DNA of 64,000 nt from Candidatus Micrarchaeia archaeon (GTDB lineage: Archaea; Micrarchaeota; Micrarchaeia; CABMEP01). The translations under genes were made by a program, and so were the position numbers. Shown one piece after another: positions 18,248 through 28,044 of this stretch (its first letter is position 1; each line of letters starts with the position of its first letter). The stretch lies in assembly GCA_038881595.1 (NCBI GenBank), contig JAVZPM010000003.1:4739-68738 (forward strand). Reading direction: 5' to 3'. The notes below the pieces were generated by a model that was given only the letters and a program-made list of their open reading frames with translations, made no database searches and was not told where the DNA came from.

Positions 18248-18733
18248 TCAATTCTTCTTTTCTTTACCTTTAATTTTACCTACTAAAAGCTGGGTGAAAC
18301 CTCCAAGGAAAATGAATGAGAGCCAGAACCAACCATATGCACCGAATGTATCTCTGAATGTAACACTAAATAAGGTGGGTCTGAATGGAACTGGGATCTG
18401 AAATGGAAGTGTTATTGTGAAATTAGGGAACAAAGATTGAATAAATGGGGGGACTAGCATTGCAAATGGAAGAAGAATTGCTAAAGACATGAATTGAAGC
18501 TTAAGAAGTTCGAATGAATTTTTCTGGGATTCCTTTAGCTTAGGCTCAAGTTCATCGAGTTTTTTCATATCTTTCTTTGCCAATGCCTTGAAATACTCCT
18601 TATTCAATTCATTGTTAAATTTTTGTATTTCCTGCATTCTTGTTGAAATGTTCAGTTTTTTAAGAACATAGGTTATCGCAAACGATGATATTATGGCAGT
18701 AACTGAAATTATTATCATAACTGCCGTATCCAT
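18248..18733 (-). CDS. DUF106 / EMC3-TMCO1-like membrane protein (archaeal Oxa1-superfamily candidate)
   Basis: 161 aa, TM-coiled coil-TM-TM topology. Conserved adk-DUF106-cmk gene order. Confidence 0.7.
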   Translation of the reverse strand: MDTAVMIIISVTAIISSFAITYVLKKLNISTRMQEIQKFNNELNKEYFKALAKKDMKKLDELEPKLKESQKNSFELLKLQFMSLAILLPFAMLVPPFIQSLFPNFTITLPFQIPVPFRPTLFSVTFRDTFGAYGWFWLSFIFLGGFTQLLVGKIKGKEKKN

Positions 18734-18908
18734 ATAAATCCACCTTTTACCCCAGATATTTAAGATTTATTATAATTAACCCACCAAACAACTTGAATAT
18801 AGATGTAGTTGAATATAAAATATATATGTATGACATAATATAAATGCAAACAGAATATAAAAATCTTTTGAAAGGAGGAAAAATACAAATGTATTTTTAG
18901 AGACGTTA

Positions 18909-19499
18909 CTATATTTTCCATAAATAAATTTTAGATACGATTCTATTCAATTCCATCACACTTTCCTTTAGCTTTCCTTTTCTATTTATAAGGATGTAAT
19001 AAGGTTTTCCGGTTGCTGCCGAATAAACATTTATCATTGAAAGAGAAACCTCACGAAGATCATTAATATCATTGGCAGTAAAAGTTGGGCGTTTTCTGCT
19101 AACATCTAATTCTCTCCTTTCAAGAATCTCATTAGTTGGAGCGTCTATAAAAATAAACGCATCGATAGGCACTGAGGAAAGAAGTTCGTATGACAAACCC
19201 GGCATAAAGCCAGATGGTTTTTTAAGAGCAGCATGGGTGTCAAGAAAAAGAATACGTCCAATTTTTGATTCTTTTTTTTCTATCGAACTTATTTCAGATA
19301 TTGCTAAATTCTGAATTTTTTTATGCTTGGATTCTGGCAGATTATTGATTTCGTCTCTATTAGTTATATTGAATTCATTTTTTGCAAACCTTAAAACAAT
19401 ATCTCCATAGTTTAGTACTGAAATTTTTTTATTTTTCTTTATTAGCTCCCTTAGAAGTGTAGACTTCCCGACTCCAGGAAGTCCCATTATAACAATCAT
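18909..19499 (-). CDS. adkA: Adenylate kinase, archaeal type
   Basis: MIVIMGLPGVGKSTLL P-loop, about 195 aa, directly downstream of secY. Confidence 0.85.
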   Translation of the reverse strand: MIVIMGLPGVGKSTLLRELIKKNKKISVLNYGDIVLRFAKNEFNITNRDEINNLPESKHKKIQNLAISEISSIEKKESKIGRILFLDTHAALKKPSGFMPGLSYELLSSVPIDAFIFIDAPTNEILERRELDVSRKRPTFTANDINDLREVSLSMINVYSAATGKPYYILINRKGKLKESVMELNRIVSKIYLWKI

Positions 19500-19546
19500 T
19501 TATTGCACCGCCTATAAAAGAAAAGATTTTCAATATATTAAAGCGA

Positions 19547-20989
19547 TTAACCTTTCAAGAATTTTGTAATTCCTGGATACATCTCAAGAAGGTTCTGTTG
19601 TTTGAAATCTTCATAGAACTTGGATATTATTCCAACTGTAAGAAGAATTCCTGTTCCAGTTCCTATTGCACCAGTAAGGTCTGCAAGCACCGCAAGGAAA
19701 CCTACGAACATACTTCCGAGTATTGCAATAGTTGTTATATACTTGTCAAGAAGCTGTTCAATAATTCTTGGATCGGACCTGAAGCCAGGTATAGAAAGGC
19801 CTGTCTGTGTTATCTGTTCTGCGACAGCAGATGCAGACATGTTTGATGCCTCCATCCAGAATCTTCCAAATATAACACATAATGTAACATACACAATAAA
19901 ATAGATCAGGATGTGCACTATCTCTGGTATTCCAAACAAAGGAGTTGAACCTGAAATTGTAGCTATATAACCCTCATAAGAACCCACATATAATGGGTTT
20001 GTTATAGGTGAAATCATGTAAAGAATTCCATCTCTCAATTGTCCGTTCGCGTCTACCAATCCGATGTAAGGTATTATGTCTGTCTCGCCTATCATAAAGC
20101 TGTGGTTGTAAAGCAAAGCTCTTGACAAAAGCTGGATATTCATTAACAATGCTGATGTAAGAATAACTGGAAGAACTGAAACATAAAGAAGCTTTACTGG
20201 GAAGCGTGTTCCAAATCCTCTGAATGTCAACGGAATTTCAACTTTCACACCCTCTGCATATACTGAAAGAACTATTATGACAAACATAAATATAATCGGC
20301 AACAATGCTATGAGTGCAGATGGAATTGCACCTGAACCCCCTACAGCCAATCTTCCAATAACTGTCTGTGCAGGATCTATTCCATGACCTCCAAAGATTA
20401 ATGAGATGCTACCCTGTACAACTGCCAATGAAACTCCTGCTGCGATAAACAATGAAATTCCAGAGCCAATTCCATATCTTGAAACCACCTCATCTAAGAA
20501 TATTAAAAGTATGGATGTAAATGCAATCTGCGCTATTATCAATCCTATTGCAAGAGATGCAGATGGAAAGTTTGGATCTGGTCCGACGTAAACGCCAGGA
20601 ATTACAAACAATGCTGCCTCCACTATTGAAAGCACTATTGCAAGAACTTTCTGTGTTGCACTGAATCTTCTCTTGTCAGCAGGATCATGCGGATCAAACT
20701 CAATAATCTTTGCTCCTGCAAAGAGCTGCAAAAAGATTGATGCAAGAATTATTGGACCGATACCGATTGTCAACAATGTTCCTGTTTTACTTGCAAGAAC
20801 TGTTTGAATGAATTCAAGAAAAGTTCCTCCTTTGAGCTCCCCTGCAAAAGGAACAATGTGATACATGGTGAAAAAGAGAATAAGTACAAGAAGGGTCCAG
20901 AATATCTTTTCATTCAAACTTAATGGACGATCTGGATTTTTAACTTCGGGAAGAAATGGAATTATTGGCTCAATAAAATTTAATTTCAA
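19547..20989 (-). CDS. secY: Preprotein translocase subunit SecY
   Basis: 480 aa, 10-TM protein. N-terminus ...PEVKNPDRPLSLNEKIFWT is typical of archaeal SecY/Sec61alpha. Apparent TTG start preceded by GAGGTG. Confidence 0.92.
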   Translation of the reverse strand: MKLNFIEPIIPFLPEVKNPDRPLSLNEKIFWTLLVLILFFTMYHIVPFAGELKGGTFLEFIQTVLASKTGTLLTIGIGPIILASIFLQLFAGAKIIEFDPHDPADKRRFSATQKVLAIVLSIVEAALFVIPGVYVGPDPNFPSASLAIGLIIAQIAFTSILLIFLDEVVSRYGIGSGISLFIAAGVSLAVVQGSISLIFGGHGIDPAQTVIGRLAVGGSGAIPSALIALLPIIFMFVIIVLSVYAEGVKVEIPLTFRGFGTRFPVKLLYVSVLPVILTSALLMNIQLLSRALLYNHSFMIGETDIIPYIGLVDANGQLRDGILYMISPITNPLYVGSYEGYIATISGSTPLFGIPEIVHILIYFIVYVTLCVIFGRFWMEASNMSASAVAEQITQTGLSIPGFRSDPRIIEQLLDKYITTIAILGSMFVGFLAVLADLTGAIGTGTGILLTVGIISKFYEDFKQQNLLEMYPGITKFLKG

Positions 20990-21050
20990 CTAACACACCT
21001 CTCCATTACTATTTTTCAATATTTGGTAGATCTACAGTTTATTCTAGAAA

Positions 21051-21488
21051 TTATTGGTTTTCTTCTGCACCCACTATCTTTGCTTCCAATTTGCCTCCTG
21101 CTGCTTCTATCTTTTTCTTTGCAGATTCTGTTGCTGCTACTGCTTTAACGTGGACTGGAACAGATATTGAACCTGAACCAAGTATCTTTCCAGGGAAATT
21201 AAATACAAACATTGAACCTGATTTCTCAAGCTTTCCTGCAGTTGCCTTGTCATTTATTTCTCTTACATTAATGCATTCTAATTTTTGAGATGCGTTTTTA
21301 TTAACGAAACCGTGCTTTCCAAAGTGATCTGGTTCGTACTTTAGTATCCATGTCCATCTGTGTTTGTGTGCACCCGCATACCCTTTTCCTCCTCTGCTTC
21401 CTTTTCCTCTTCTATTTTTTGTATTTCCTGCTCCAAATGTTCTACTTCCGAGATACTTCTTGTATTTGCTCTTAATTCTTCTTACCAT
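21051..21488 (-). CDS. rpl15: 50S ribosomal protein uL15
   Basis: RGKGSRGGKGYAGAHKH motif and operon position. ATG at 21488 has a GGTGAT SD (the listed ORF starts at an upstream TTG). Confidence 0.9.
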   Translation of the reverse strand: MVRRIKSKYKKYLGSRTFGAGNTKNRRGKGSRGGKGYAGAHKHRWTWILKYEPDHFGKHGFVNKNASQKLECINVREINDKATAGKLEKSGSMFVFNFPGKILGSGSISVPVHVKAVAATESAKKKIEAAGGKLEAKIVGAEENQ

Positions 21489-21531
21489 AAATATCACCAA
21501 CTTAATCCAAATTCAATTCCATAATGAATTA

Positions 21532-21954
21532 TTACACCATTCTTAATATTAATTCATCCATTTCTTTTCCTCTCGGACCAAGAGCACCATCTGGATATCT
21601 GAGTTTTATATTTCCCCATCCTTTTCTTGGAGAGTGAAGCCTAAAAACAGGCTTTATCTTTACTTCCTCTCCTTTTTCAATTGATTTAACTATCGAATCA
21701 ACATCTTTTTCATCCACTCTCTTATTTCCTGGAAGTCGTCCTCTTTTTAAAACTAATTCTCTAAGGGTTTCTTGACTTATTTCTCCCCATGTAATGTAAT
21801 CCTTAGCTACATTTAACATTCCTTCTAATTGTTTTGTCATTTTCGGATAAACAACACAGTGATGCTTCTTGTGCAATCTAAGGAGTTCCATTGTCTTTCT
21901 GATGTCAGGCTTTATACCTGCAACACCACGAACACGAACTATTGCTATAACCAT
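21532..21954 (-). CDS. rpl30: 50S ribosomal protein uL30
   Basis: AIVRVRGVAGIKPDIRKTMELLRL and operon position. ATG at 21954 after GGTTGAT. Confidence 0.9.
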   Translation of the reverse strand: MVIAIVRVRGVAGIKPDIRKTMELLRLHKKHHCVVYPKMTKQLEGMLNVAKDYITWGEISQETLRELVLKRGRLPGNKRVDEKDVDSIVKSIEKGEEVKIKPVFRLHSPRKGWGNIKLRYPDGALGPRGKEMDELILRMV

Positions 21955-22014
21955 ATCAACCACTTCATATTTTTAACATAATATACTTCAATTCTATTTT
22001 AGATGCACATAAAT

Positions 22015-22677
22015 CTAACTGAATTCTTTCTTAACTCTTATTCTATTTAGCTGGTCAAGAGCATCTACTACGGCCATAGAGGTATTAAACCTATTCTTCG
22101 TTCTTCCCTCTGCCTTTGTCCAGATGTCCTTAATTCCTGCAAGCTGAAGAACTTTCTTAACTATTTTGTTTGCTACTATTCCTGTTCCTCTAGGTGCAGG
22201 CCTTAATGTAATTCTAACACCACCATGCTTTCCTGTGACTTGTATTGGAAGTGAATGCTTTGAACCACAGTCACATTGTGATGAACCACAACCAAGATTT
22301 ACGTGGATTATATTGTATTTTGCATCTCTTACTGCTGCCTCTATTGCAGGCCTTACTTCGTCAGCCTTTCCTTGGCCAATACCTATATATTCCTGTCCAT
22401 CTCCTACCACTACAACTGCTCTATATTTTGATTTTCTACCTGAGTCAGTCATACGCTGAGTTGTAGACAATTCAATTGTTTCCTGCATAAGATTTGGCAA
22501 TAAAACATCAACTATCTCTGATTCTAATATCGGCTTTCCTGATTTAAGAACATCATAAAGACTAACTATTTCCTTTGCCTTTACCTTTCTTCCAAGTTCT
22601 GTCTTAGGATTCCATGAATCTAATAAAGACTGTTCAACTGCAGAAGCTCTTTTTTGTTTTCCTTTCCTAAGTTTCAT
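22015..22677 (-). CDS. rps5: 30S ribosomal protein uS5
   Basis: VVVVGDGQEYIGIGQGKADEV and TLRPAPRGTGIVA motifs. ATG at 22677 after GAGGTTGAT. Confidence 0.9.
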   Translation of the reverse strand: MKLRKGKQKRASAVEQSLLDSWNPKTELGRKVKAKEIVSLYDVLKSGKPILESEIVDVLLPNLMQETIELSTTQRMTDSGRKSKYRAVVVVGDGQEYIGIGQGKADEVRPAIEAAVRDAKYNIIHVNLGCGSSQCDCGSKHSLPIQVTGKHGGVRITLRPAPRGTGIVANKIVKKVLQLAGIKDIWTKAEGRTKNRFNTSMAVVDALDQLNRIRVKKEFS

Positions 22678-22739
22678 CAAATCAACCTCATACAAATCAA
22701 AATTTAATTAACACTATAATAAACCAAGAAGTCTATATC

Positions 22740-23357
22740 TTATGCCTTCTTATTTTTCTTTGAATTTATTTCCCCAAAGTTCTCTTTTGAGATTTGTTCC
22801 TTTACTTTTTCAAATAATAAATTAATCTCTTCCGGTTTTATTCCTTTTTTCAGATATTGTGAGAAGAATTTGTTATACTTTTCAGTTCCTGCAATTTGCT
22901 TTGCGTAATCAGATATGTGCTTTCCACTTATTCTTTCTTCATCGAATTCTATCTCTCCAACTGGAACCTCTAATCCTGCATCAATCGCTCCTTTTACACA
23001 TGCGAAAAGGAATGAACCTTTTGAAGGTGTATGCAAACCAGAATCAAGAACAACTGATTTCGTTCCTGCAGCTAATGCTCTCTTTGCACAAATGAAGCCA
23101 ACTAAGTATGCTGAAGGAAGATTTGCTGATTGCTTCCAGCCATATTTTTCAAGTTCACGTGCATCTGCTCTTGCAATTACTTCATCATGAGTTGGAGTAA
23201 AACCTATACATTGTGCGATTACATTTCTATTCGACTTCCTTACAACAAATCTTGGAAGTCCAGATTTAAGTAATGCTAATCTCTTTCTGTAGTTTGTGAG
23301 ATTAAGCCTCCTTCTCTTGAAAGCCAATTTGTATGTTGGTCCTGTTGCCTTTGCCAT
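22740..23357 (-). CDS. rpl18: 50S ribosomal protein uL18
   Basis: FKRRRLNLTNYRKRLALLKSGLPRFVVRKSNRNVIAQ is typical of archaeal L18/L5e. ATG at 23357. Confidence 0.9.
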   Translation of the reverse strand: MAKATGPTYKLAFKRRRLNLTNYRKRLALLKSGLPRFVVRKSNRNVIAQCIGFTPTHDEVIARADARELEKYGWKQSANLPSAYLVGFICAKRALAAGTKSVVLDSGLHTPSKGSFLFACVKGAIDAGLEVPVGEIEFDEERISGKHISDYAKQIAGTEKYNKFFSQYLKKGIKPEEINLLFEKVKEQISKENFGEINSKKNKKA

Positions 23358-23419
23358 AATTATCACTTCATTTTAAACATAATCTAATATTCATATACTC
23401 ATAATATTATTTACATAGA

Positions 23420-23893
23420 TTATTTCTTCTCCTTTGTCTGATTTGATTTGAGGTATCCTTTCTCTGTCAGATAAAGGAGAACTCTGGATCTATCTGGGAA
23501 AGCTCCACCTTTAATCTTTAGATAAGTTTCTCTATATGCTGCATTATTTATGAACAAACCTCTTTTCTTAAATGACTTAATCAGTTCTCTTTGTGCTCTT
23601 ATTCTATTAATCCAAACCTTCTTTCCTCCTGCTCTTGCAGAGTGTGTTCCTCTTCTTCTTGCAGTTTTATGCGCTCTTCCTAACCTTCTTTCTTCGTCAT
23701 GGATTCTTCCAATTGCTCTAGAAACGCCTTTCTTCTTTTCAACAAGTATGGCTTTCTGTTTTATAAGAGCACGAACATCGTCTTTTGTAACTGCTTTCTC
23801 TATTTCAGATAATCTTGATGGATCGAATTTTATTCTGCTTATTCCTGCACCCGTTATCTGGGATGCCATTCTTCTTATTGATGACATTGACAT
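23420..23893 (-). CDS. rpl19e: 50S ribosomal protein eL19
   Basis: RRLGRAHKTARRRGTHSARAGGKKVWINRIRAQR. ATG at 23893 after AGGTGA. Confidence 0.9.
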   Translation of the reverse strand: MSMSSIRRMASQITGAGISRIKFDPSRLSEIEKAVTKDDVRALIKQKAILVEKKKGVSRAIGRIHDEERRLGRAHKTARRRGTHSARAGGKKVWINRIRAQRELIKSFKKRGLFINNAAYRETYLKIKGGAFPDRSRVLLYLTEKGYLKSNQTKEKK

Positions 23894-23914
23894 AAATTTC
23901 ACCTACGAATATGA

Positions 23915-24271
23915 TTACTGCTTTTGATGCTTCACACTTATTGGATTAAGAACATGGATATTCATCTCCTTTGCTTTCTTAATGATTAATTCTCTTTTTT
24001 TAGCACCAACTGCAGCTGCGATTCTTATCGCAACTCCCTTCTCAGTGATTCCATCCATGTCTTTTAATGAACGTACAAGAACCTCTTTAAAACCTGAAGG
24101 ATGAAAATCTCTGTCATCTCTTGCACTTCTCCATCCTACATTAGGAGATGCACCCATTATCTTCTTACCTATTCTTTTCTTGTTATCTATTCCTCTGGGT
24201 TTTCTCCACCTAAGCTTCACTCTTTTCTTTCTTCCGTAGTTTGGTGGAAGAAATTTTGGATGTTTTCTCAT
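23915..24271 (-). CDS. rpl32e: 50S ribosomal protein eL32
   Basis: WRKPRGIDNKKR...GWRSARDDRDFHPSGFKEVLV. Confidence 0.9.
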   Translation of the reverse strand: MRKHPKFLPPNYGRKKRVKLRWRKPRGIDNKKRIGKKIMGASPNVGWRSARDDRDFHPSGFKEVLVRSLKDMDGITEKGVAIRIAAAVGAKKRELIIKKAKEMNIHVLNPISVKHQKQ

Positions 24272-24328
24272 AACATAACACCTTGATTATAATTTTAATA
24301 TATAACTATAAACGACACAAGCGAATTG

Positions 24329-24823
24329 TTATAATGGATCATAAATTCCATCCTGGAATACTCTTTGATCCTTTTCTTTTATGTATGTTGCATTTTTAAG
24401 ATTTGCTGCTGTTTGTCCCACTGCATATTTATCTGGACCTGTTAATATTATGAATTCTTTTTCAACTTTTATTTTTGTATCTCCTACTATATTGGCTTTT
24501 CTTGGACTCTTTTCTCCAAGAAAATTCTTTATAAGAATCTCTGAGCCTTTTTGCTCAATAGTGAATGGAAAGTGTGCATATACCATTTGAAGTTTTATTG
24601 TATAACCTTCTGTAACTCCTTTAAATGCTGATTTCATAAGTGCTTGAGTTGTATTTACAAGTGCTTTTGATTCACCGGAAATTTTTATCTTTCCGGAATC
24701 TTTTGAAATAGAAACATCTCTATATTTATATGATACTTTTCCCTTTGGACCGGATACAGTAAATGAATTGCTTCCTATTTCAACATCCAATCCAGAGGGA
24801 ATTTCTATAATTGTTTCAACCAT
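24329..24823 (-). CDS. rpl6: 50S ribosomal protein uL6
   Basis: Two-domain L6 pattern (VSGPKGKVSYKY..., MVYAHFPFTI...) and operon position. Confidence 0.9.
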   Translation of the reverse strand: MVETIIEIPSGLDVEIGSNSFTVSGPKGKVSYKYRDVSISKDSGKIKISGESKALVNTTQALMKSAFKGVTEGYTIKLQMVYAHFPFTIEQKGSEILIKNFLGEKSPRKANIVGDTKIKVEKEFIILTGPDKYAVGQTAANLKNATYIKEKDQRVFQDGIYDPL

Positions 24824-24869
24824 ATTAACACCTTAGATCATAAATTGAATTAATTATAATCAATATGAT

Positions 24870-25250
24870 TTAGTAGACATAGGCTACTAGTCTTCCACCG
24901 ATTTTTAATGACCTTATTTCTTTATTTGTAACAACTCCTTTTGGTGTTGTTATTATAATTATTCCAAAATCTTTGCTTGGCAGATATTGGTCTTCAACCT
25001 TTCCTATTTCAGAGTATTTTACAGGAAATCTTGGCTTTATGACACCGCAGTAATTTATCGGTCCTATTCCTTTGATTATAAAATATCTTGTTGGACCTTC
25101 TTTTACTTCCGTAAATTCTTCAATATACCCTTCTCTCTGGAGAATTTTAAGAACTTCCCCAGTGAAATTAGATGCAATTACTTTACATTCATTTTTTCCT
25201 GCATTTTTATGAACACGAATTACATTCAAAGCATTTGCAAGTATATCCAT
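24870..25250 (-). CDS. rps8: 30S ribosomal protein uS8
   Basis: DILANALNVIRVHKNAGKNEC...GGRLVAYVY. Confidence 0.9.
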   Translation of the reverse strand: MDILANALNVIRVHKNAGKNECKVIASNFTGEVLKILQREGYIEEFTEVKEGPTRYFIIKGIGPINYCGVIKPRFPVKYSEIGKVEDQYLPSKDFGIIIITTPKGVVTNKEIRSLKIGGRLVAYVY

Positions 25251-25296
25251 ATCATCACACTCTTTTATTAATTATATGTTAACATGAGAGAGATTA

Positions 25297-25467
25297 TTAA
25301 CCAAATTTCTTGAAACCGATAGATTCTCCAATCTCTCTAAAACATCTTCTACAAATATTAAGATTATACTTTCTAATGATACCTCGTGCAGTGCCACAAA
25401 TTTTACATTTTCTTATACCTTTTCCTTTGTATCTTACTTCTACCGGTCTTGTACTTTTTTTATTCAT
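25297..25467 (-). CDS. rps14: 30S ribosomal protein uS14 (zinc type, 56 aa); not in the supplied ORF track
   Basis: Hand translation: MNKKSTRPVEVRYKGKGIRKCKICGTARGIIRKYNLNICRRCFREIGESIGFKKFG. CxxC...CxxC pattern. The start overlaps the rpl5 stop by 8 nt. Confidence 0.88.
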   Translation of the reverse strand: MNKKSTRPVEVRYKGKGIRKCKICGTARGIIRKYNLNICRRCFREIGESIGFKKFG

Positions 25468-25966
25468 AGATATTCACCTTAAACTTTTCTTTCAAAAACT
25501 TCTCAGTCTCTTCAGGAGTAACTTTATGAGTATGTTTGATTTTTGATTTAGCCCTTCTTCTAAGTTCTACTCTTTTACCAGGTCTAGTCATAGTTCCACA
25601 AACATCAAATCCTATTATACCAATTGTTGGATCGTATTTTGCACCTGGGAAATCTATATACTCTTTTACTCCGAATGCAAAATTACCATATTTATCAATT
25701 GATTTTTTATTGAGTTTGAAGTCTACGGCATCAAATGCATTTCTAAGGAAATTTTCTGCTTCCTTTCCTCTTAGTGTTACTTTTACACCTATTGTTTCTC
25801 CTTTTTTTATTCCGAATGCTTGAACTCTTTTCCTTGCCTTTGTGTAAGCCGCTTTTCTTCCAGTTATTCTTTCAATGATTGTTTTAGCCTTTTTTAGTTT
25901 TTCTCCTGATTCTCCAGCACCTATATTAACTGTCACTTTTTCGATTTTTACTTCACGCATATCCAT
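25460..25966 (-). CDS. rpl5: 50S ribosomal protein uL5
   Basis: KIEKVTVNIGAGESG...GNFAFGVKEYIDFPG. Confidence 0.9.
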   Translation of the reverse strand: MDMREVKIEKVTVNIGAGESGEKLKKAKTIIERITGRKAAYTKARKRVQAFGIKKGETIGVKVTLRGKEAENFLRNAFDAVDFKLNKKSIDKYGNFAFGVKEYIDFPGAKYDPTIGIIGFDVCGTMTRPGKRVELRRRAKSKIKHTHKVTPEETEKFLKEKFKVNIYE

Positions 25967-26005
25967 ATTATCACTTCTTATTCATGAGAAAGATCATAAT
26001 AATAT

Positions 26006-26692
26006 TTAAATGAAATTCTCCTTTACTGGAAATGCATATTTAGTAAGTGTAATTGCAGAAGAACCGTCCTGAAGTTCTCCATGTATTTCGCTATTTCTTG
26101 TTGCAGATCCCGGTGAAATTTCTTTAACCTTAATCAAATTACCAATTTTCTTTCCTCCAGTTATAAAACATAATGATGATTTCTTTAATTCGATCTTTCC
26201 TATTGGCTTACCATCTGGAATTGAAATCTCAATTGTATCTCCTACCTTTGCATCAAAGTCTAATATGTTTCTTCCATCATGAAGAGTTAATTGGATCCTT
26301 CCTCCTTTTATTTTTGTCTTATTTTTAACCTGACAAAGTTTTACTGATGGATTAGATGTTTTCTCAAATTTGATTTTTCCTTTTGTATCAACTAAAACTC
26401 TCCAATTGTTTTCTCCAATAGTTATAATGTCCATTAATCCCACTGAAAATTTTGGCTCTGTTCTTACAATACCATCGATTTTCACTTGTCTAGTATTAAG
26501 TACTGCTTTTGCTTCCTTTGCTGTTTTTGCAAATCCTAATGCTATAATCGCATATGATAATGGAAGAGATAAATCTTTCTTATGTCTTCCTGGTAATGGA
26601 TTTATAGACCATGTAAATTCTTTTCTAGGCAAACCAAAAGACTTTGGCATTGCAATTCTCTTCAAATGTTTTGTACCACTTTTTTTCGCCAT
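26006..26692 (-). CDS. rps4e: 30S ribosomal protein eS4
   Basis: MAKKSGTKHLKRIAMPKSF...PGRHKK. ATG at 26692 after AAGGTG (the listed ORF starts at an upstream GTG). Confidence 0.9.
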   Translation of the reverse strand: MAKKSGTKHLKRIAMPKSFGLPRKEFTWSINPLPGRHKKDLSLPLSYAIIALGFAKTAKEAKAVLNTRQVKIDGIVRTEPKFSVGLMDIITIGENNWRVLVDTKGKIKFEKTSNPSVKLCQVKNKTKIKGGRIQLTLHDGRNILDFDAKVGDTIEISIPDGKPIGKIELKKSSLCFITGGKKIGNLIKVKEISPGSATRNSEIHGELQDGSSAITLTKYAFPVKENFI

Positions 26693-26718
26693 AAAAATCA
26701 CACCTTAATTTATAAATA

Positions 26719-26895
26719 TTAATCAAATCTTCTATTATTTTTAATAGATGAATTTGAATTGTTGGAAACTATTATGTTTTCAACTCTAGTTTTAAGACCT
26801 AAACTCCTTATCAACCTTGATTCGATAAGGAAATTGCATGATTTAATTTTCTTACTCTTCTTATCTAAAATATTTGTTTTTAAGTGAATCAACAT
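26719..26895 (-). CDS. 58-codon ORF resembling the N-terminal third of Rpp29 (truncated rnp1 paralogue or relic)
   Basis: Hand translation: MLIHLKTNILDKKSKKIKSCNFLIESRLIRSLGLKTRVENIIVSNNSNSSIKNNRRFD. AGTGAT SD 5 nt before the ATG. It shares the ATGTTGATTCA start and the MLIH...DKKS...LI..(I/L)GL...V.N..S pattern with the rnp1 ORF at 28045..28383. It fills an otherwise unexplained ~200-bp gap between rpl24 and rps4e. Confidence 0.45.
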   Translation of the reverse strand: MLIHLKTNILDKKSKKIKSCNFLIESRLIRSLGLKTRVENIIVSNNSNSSIKNNRRFD

Positions 26896-26906
26896 AATAT
26901 CACTGT

Positions 26907-27233
26907 TTATTTTCTTTCAGTCATTTCAATTATCATTACATTTGAAGGATCGATAGGATAAAATGTTTCCTTTCCGTTTGCTTTCTTAATCGTAATACCT
27001 TCAACAAATATTTTTGCATCGGAAAGGATTACCTTTGCTACTTTTCCTTCTTTACCTTTGAATTTACCTCTTAGTATTTTTACTTTATCTCCCTTCTTTA
27101 CTTGAATTGCCCTCTTCTTTAATTTTGCTCTCAAATCCTTACTTAAATGAACATGAACAAAGTTCTTTCTTAAATGAAGTGGAGCAGTAAATCTGAATTT
27201 CCTTTGTGTTCTTGGTTTTCTTGAGCTTATCAT
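26907..27233 (-). CDS. rpl24: 50S ribosomal protein uL24
   Basis: KKGDKVKILRGKFKGKEGKVAKV KOW motif. Confidence 0.9.
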   Translation of the reverse strand: MISSRKPRTQRKFRFTAPLHLRKNFVHVHLSKDLRAKLKKRAIQVKKGDKVKILRGKFKGKEGKVAKVILSDAKIFVEGITIKKANGKETFYPIDPSNVMIIEMTERK

Positions 27234-27250
27234 ATCTACACCCTACAAAA

Positions 27251-27649
27251 TTATATAATTGACCATGCAATTCCAGCAACTTTTGGATATCGGTCTACTA
27301 TCTCTCTTGCTACAACACCCTTGATCTCTGTTCCTTTTGGCAATCCTGCATCATCTATCAATGCACATGCATTGTCTTCAAACATTATTCTTACACCATT
27401 TGCTCTCCTGAAAGGTTTTCTTTGTCTTATTATTAATGCTTTTTCTACTTTTTTGATCATCTGTGGAGAACCTTTCTTGACTGCTACTATGGCTACATCC
27501 CCAATTCCAACGCTTGGCTTTCTTCTTCTTTTTGTTGGAGCTTTCAACATACCTATTATTTGAACTACTTTTGCTCCGCTATTATCATCGCAATTTATGA
27601 TCGCTCCTATTGGCAAAGATTTCGGAATTTTTGATTGTAGTGCTTTCAT
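27251..27649 (-). CDS. rpl14: 50S ribosomal protein uL14
   Basis: INCDDNSGAK...GDVAIVAVKKG...RFEDNACALID-like pattern. ATG at 27649 after AAGGTGA. Confidence 0.9.
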   Translation of the reverse strand: MKALQSKIPKSLPIGAIINCDDNSGAKVVQIIGMLKAPTKRRRKPSVGIGDVAIVAVKKGSPQMIKKVEKALIIRQRKPFRRANGVRIMFEDNACALIDDAGLPKGTEIKGVVAREIVDRYPKVAGIAWSII

Positions 27650-27684
27650 AATTTTCACCTTATAAATATTAAATTTTCATCGAA

Positions 27685-27999
27685 TTACAAATTTTTATCC
27701 TTACCTATTATCTCTATTATTGTCCATGTTTTTGTTCTGCTGAGTTTTCTGCATTCTCCTATCTTAACCTTATCACCCACTTTTGCATTTATGCAAGGTG
27801 GATTATGAGCAGCATATCTTGAACGAGTTCTTGCATACCTTTTATACTTTGGTATGTAGATCATTCTCTGTCTCTCTACTATCGCAGTCTTCTTTGCCTT
27901 TGTACTAACAACTGTACCGATTAATACTTGGCCTCTGACTTTTACATCACCATGAATAAAACATTTTGCATCTCCACAATTTTCTTCTTTTCCTACCAT
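27685..27999 (-). CDS. rps17: 30S ribosomal protein uS17
   Basis: CGDAKCFIHGDVKVRGQVLIGTVVSTKAKKTAIV...YAAHNP. Start could be 28011 or 27999; the latter follows GGTTGAT. Confidence 0.88.
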   Translation of the reverse strand: MVGKEENCGDAKCFIHGDVKVRGQVLIGTVVSTKAKKTAIVERQRMIYIPKYKRYARTRSRYAAHNPPCINAKVGDKVKIGECRKLSRTKTWTIIEIIGKDKNL

Positions 28000-28044
28000 A
28001 AGATCAACCATTTGTTAAACTATTAATATCAATCTTTAATCCAA

